A stretch of DNA of 64,000 nucleotides from positions 52,314,449-52,378,448 of the forward strand of contig JARDVH010000097.1 of the NCBI GenBank assembly GCA_030324005.1, in the 5' to 3' direction. The notes below the pieces were generated by a model, which was given only the letters and a program-made list of their open reading frames with translations, ran no database searches and had not been told where the DNA came from. Both the position numbers and the translations under genes were made by a program. Source of the DNA: Negaprion brevirostris. Taxonomy: Eukaryota. Shown one piece after another: positions 62,801-64,000 of this stretch. The first letter of the stretch is position 1, and each line of letters starts with the position of its first letter.

Positions 62801-63139
62801 ATACCATGAATATCTTTAATTTGTGGATCTTGTCCTCTTTCAAAGGATTTTCTTTTTATCTTATACTATATAGGTTACTTGCCATGGCATATGGCCTGAA
62901 AGTGGCCATTCTTGCTGCAAAAATAATCTTCTGAGGAATACATTTTTGAGCATATTTATTGTATACATGGTGTGTCCAACCAAAGTTTGCCTGTGAATTC
63001 ACGTACCACTTGCTCCTCTGATGTAAATTTATTTTATCTTTCTGACCTAAATCCACAGAATATTCTGTGGATTTAGTTTGCAAGTATCTTTATTCTGTTT
63101 GCAAGTATCTTTAAAGCTCACTTTATCTACTTTATAACA

Positions 63140-63670
63140 TCAGAAGTAGGAGCTTGGAGGCTGTTCAGCCCTTCGAACCTGCTACACCATTCATTATGGT
63201 CATGGCTAATCATCCAACTTGATAGCCTGATCCCAACTCTTTCTGCCCCCCACCCCCTGCACCCTCTTGATTTCCCCCTTCACCTCAAGTGCTATATCTA
63301 ACTGCTTCTTGAAANNNNNNNNNNNNNNNNNNNNNNNNNNNNNNNNNNNNNNNNNNNNNNNNNNNNNNNNNNNNNNNNNNNNNNNNNNNNNNNNNNNNNN
63401 NNNNNNNNNNNNNNACCCTCTTGATTTCCCCCTTCACCTCAAGTGCTATATCTAACTGCTTCTTGAAAATATTCAATGGTTTGTCCTGGCTACTTTGTGA
63501 TAGCGACTTTGATTAGCTGCCCGCTTCTGGGTGAAGAAATTTATCTATCTCTGGCCTAAACGGTCTAGCTTGTATCGTCAGACTCTGACCCCTGGTTCTA
63601 GATGCCCCCACCATTGGAAACATTCTTCTTGCATTGCCATGTTAGAATTTTTATAGGGTTTTTCTGAGTT
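63140..63670 (-). mobile_element. CR1 LINE 3' end, decayed (gap inside)
   Basis: agaagtaggagc..ttcagcccttcgaacctgct tail; NIFKKQLDIAL; aaatttcttcacccag. Confidence 0.8.
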
Positions 63671-64000
63671 CCCTCCCCCGCCCCTCGTTCTTCTAACAAA
63701 TGTCATTGGTCTCCAGTCAGATAGTCACCTCAGTAACAATTTGTGGGTCTGACCAAGGATTGTAAAAACTTTGAGGCAATTGCTCAACTTCAGATTGTAG
63801 CTTGATATAAAGTCATGAGGCCACTATAAAAGCAATTGTAGCCGCTTCTAAATTCCTGTTTTTTAAGGATGTTCTGTAATCAACTATTCTTTGGATTGTG
63901 AATATGTTACATAATTAATATGCATGCATGCAATCTTCACAACCCTGTGCAGTATCTGGTAAAAGTCCTTCAGCATTTTTAAGAAAGCTGGTCTCTTGCT

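Noticed and set aside
63261-63468. Identical ~54-bp repeat on both sides of a 100-N gap
   Set aside because: Unmerged contig overlap within a CR1; assembly artefact
10726-64000. SYTL2 coding exons
   Set aside because: No MIDLSFLTEEE-like start or other Slp2 motif found by eye; the gene is suggested by recalled synteny only, so no symbol was assigned

Overview
Eukaryotic, gap-rich (short-read style) genomic DNA from a cartilaginous fish, most likely a shark. The call rests on its repeats: HE1/V-type SINEs, a SacSINE1/Deu-type SINE, CR1, L2, L1/Tx1, Penelope-like elements (PLEs), Harbinger and Gypsy relics. The window is almost entirely intronic and repeat-derived. Nearly all listed ORFs are spurious, gap-spanning or decayed transposon fragments. 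Only one convincing host coding exon was found: 7991-8067 on the minus strand, MAKKKKDARGSKEDKLTLAEAFLQF, ending in a phase-2 GTAAGT donor and resembling the first coding exon of CCDC83. Upstream, a small CpG-rich element (~10.53-10.75 kb) has an RFX X-box and outward-facing splice donors on both strands, so it looks like a bidirectional promoter. The plus-strand partner may be SYTL2, but that rests on recalled vertebrate synteny only; no SYTL2 coding exon was seen. A second CpG-retaining promoter/first-exon candidate lies at ~38.5-39.9 kb. The most notable mobile-DNA observations are: a ~3 kb LINE that begins with a tRNA/Deu-SINE head and apparently has no ORF1; a family of fold-back PLE-terminus insertions with TSDs and minimal hammerhead ribozyme motifs; and an unassigned duplicated coding-like relic with a micro-inversion. 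All repeat family names come from motif recognition by eye, not database searches, and repeat boundaries are approximate.
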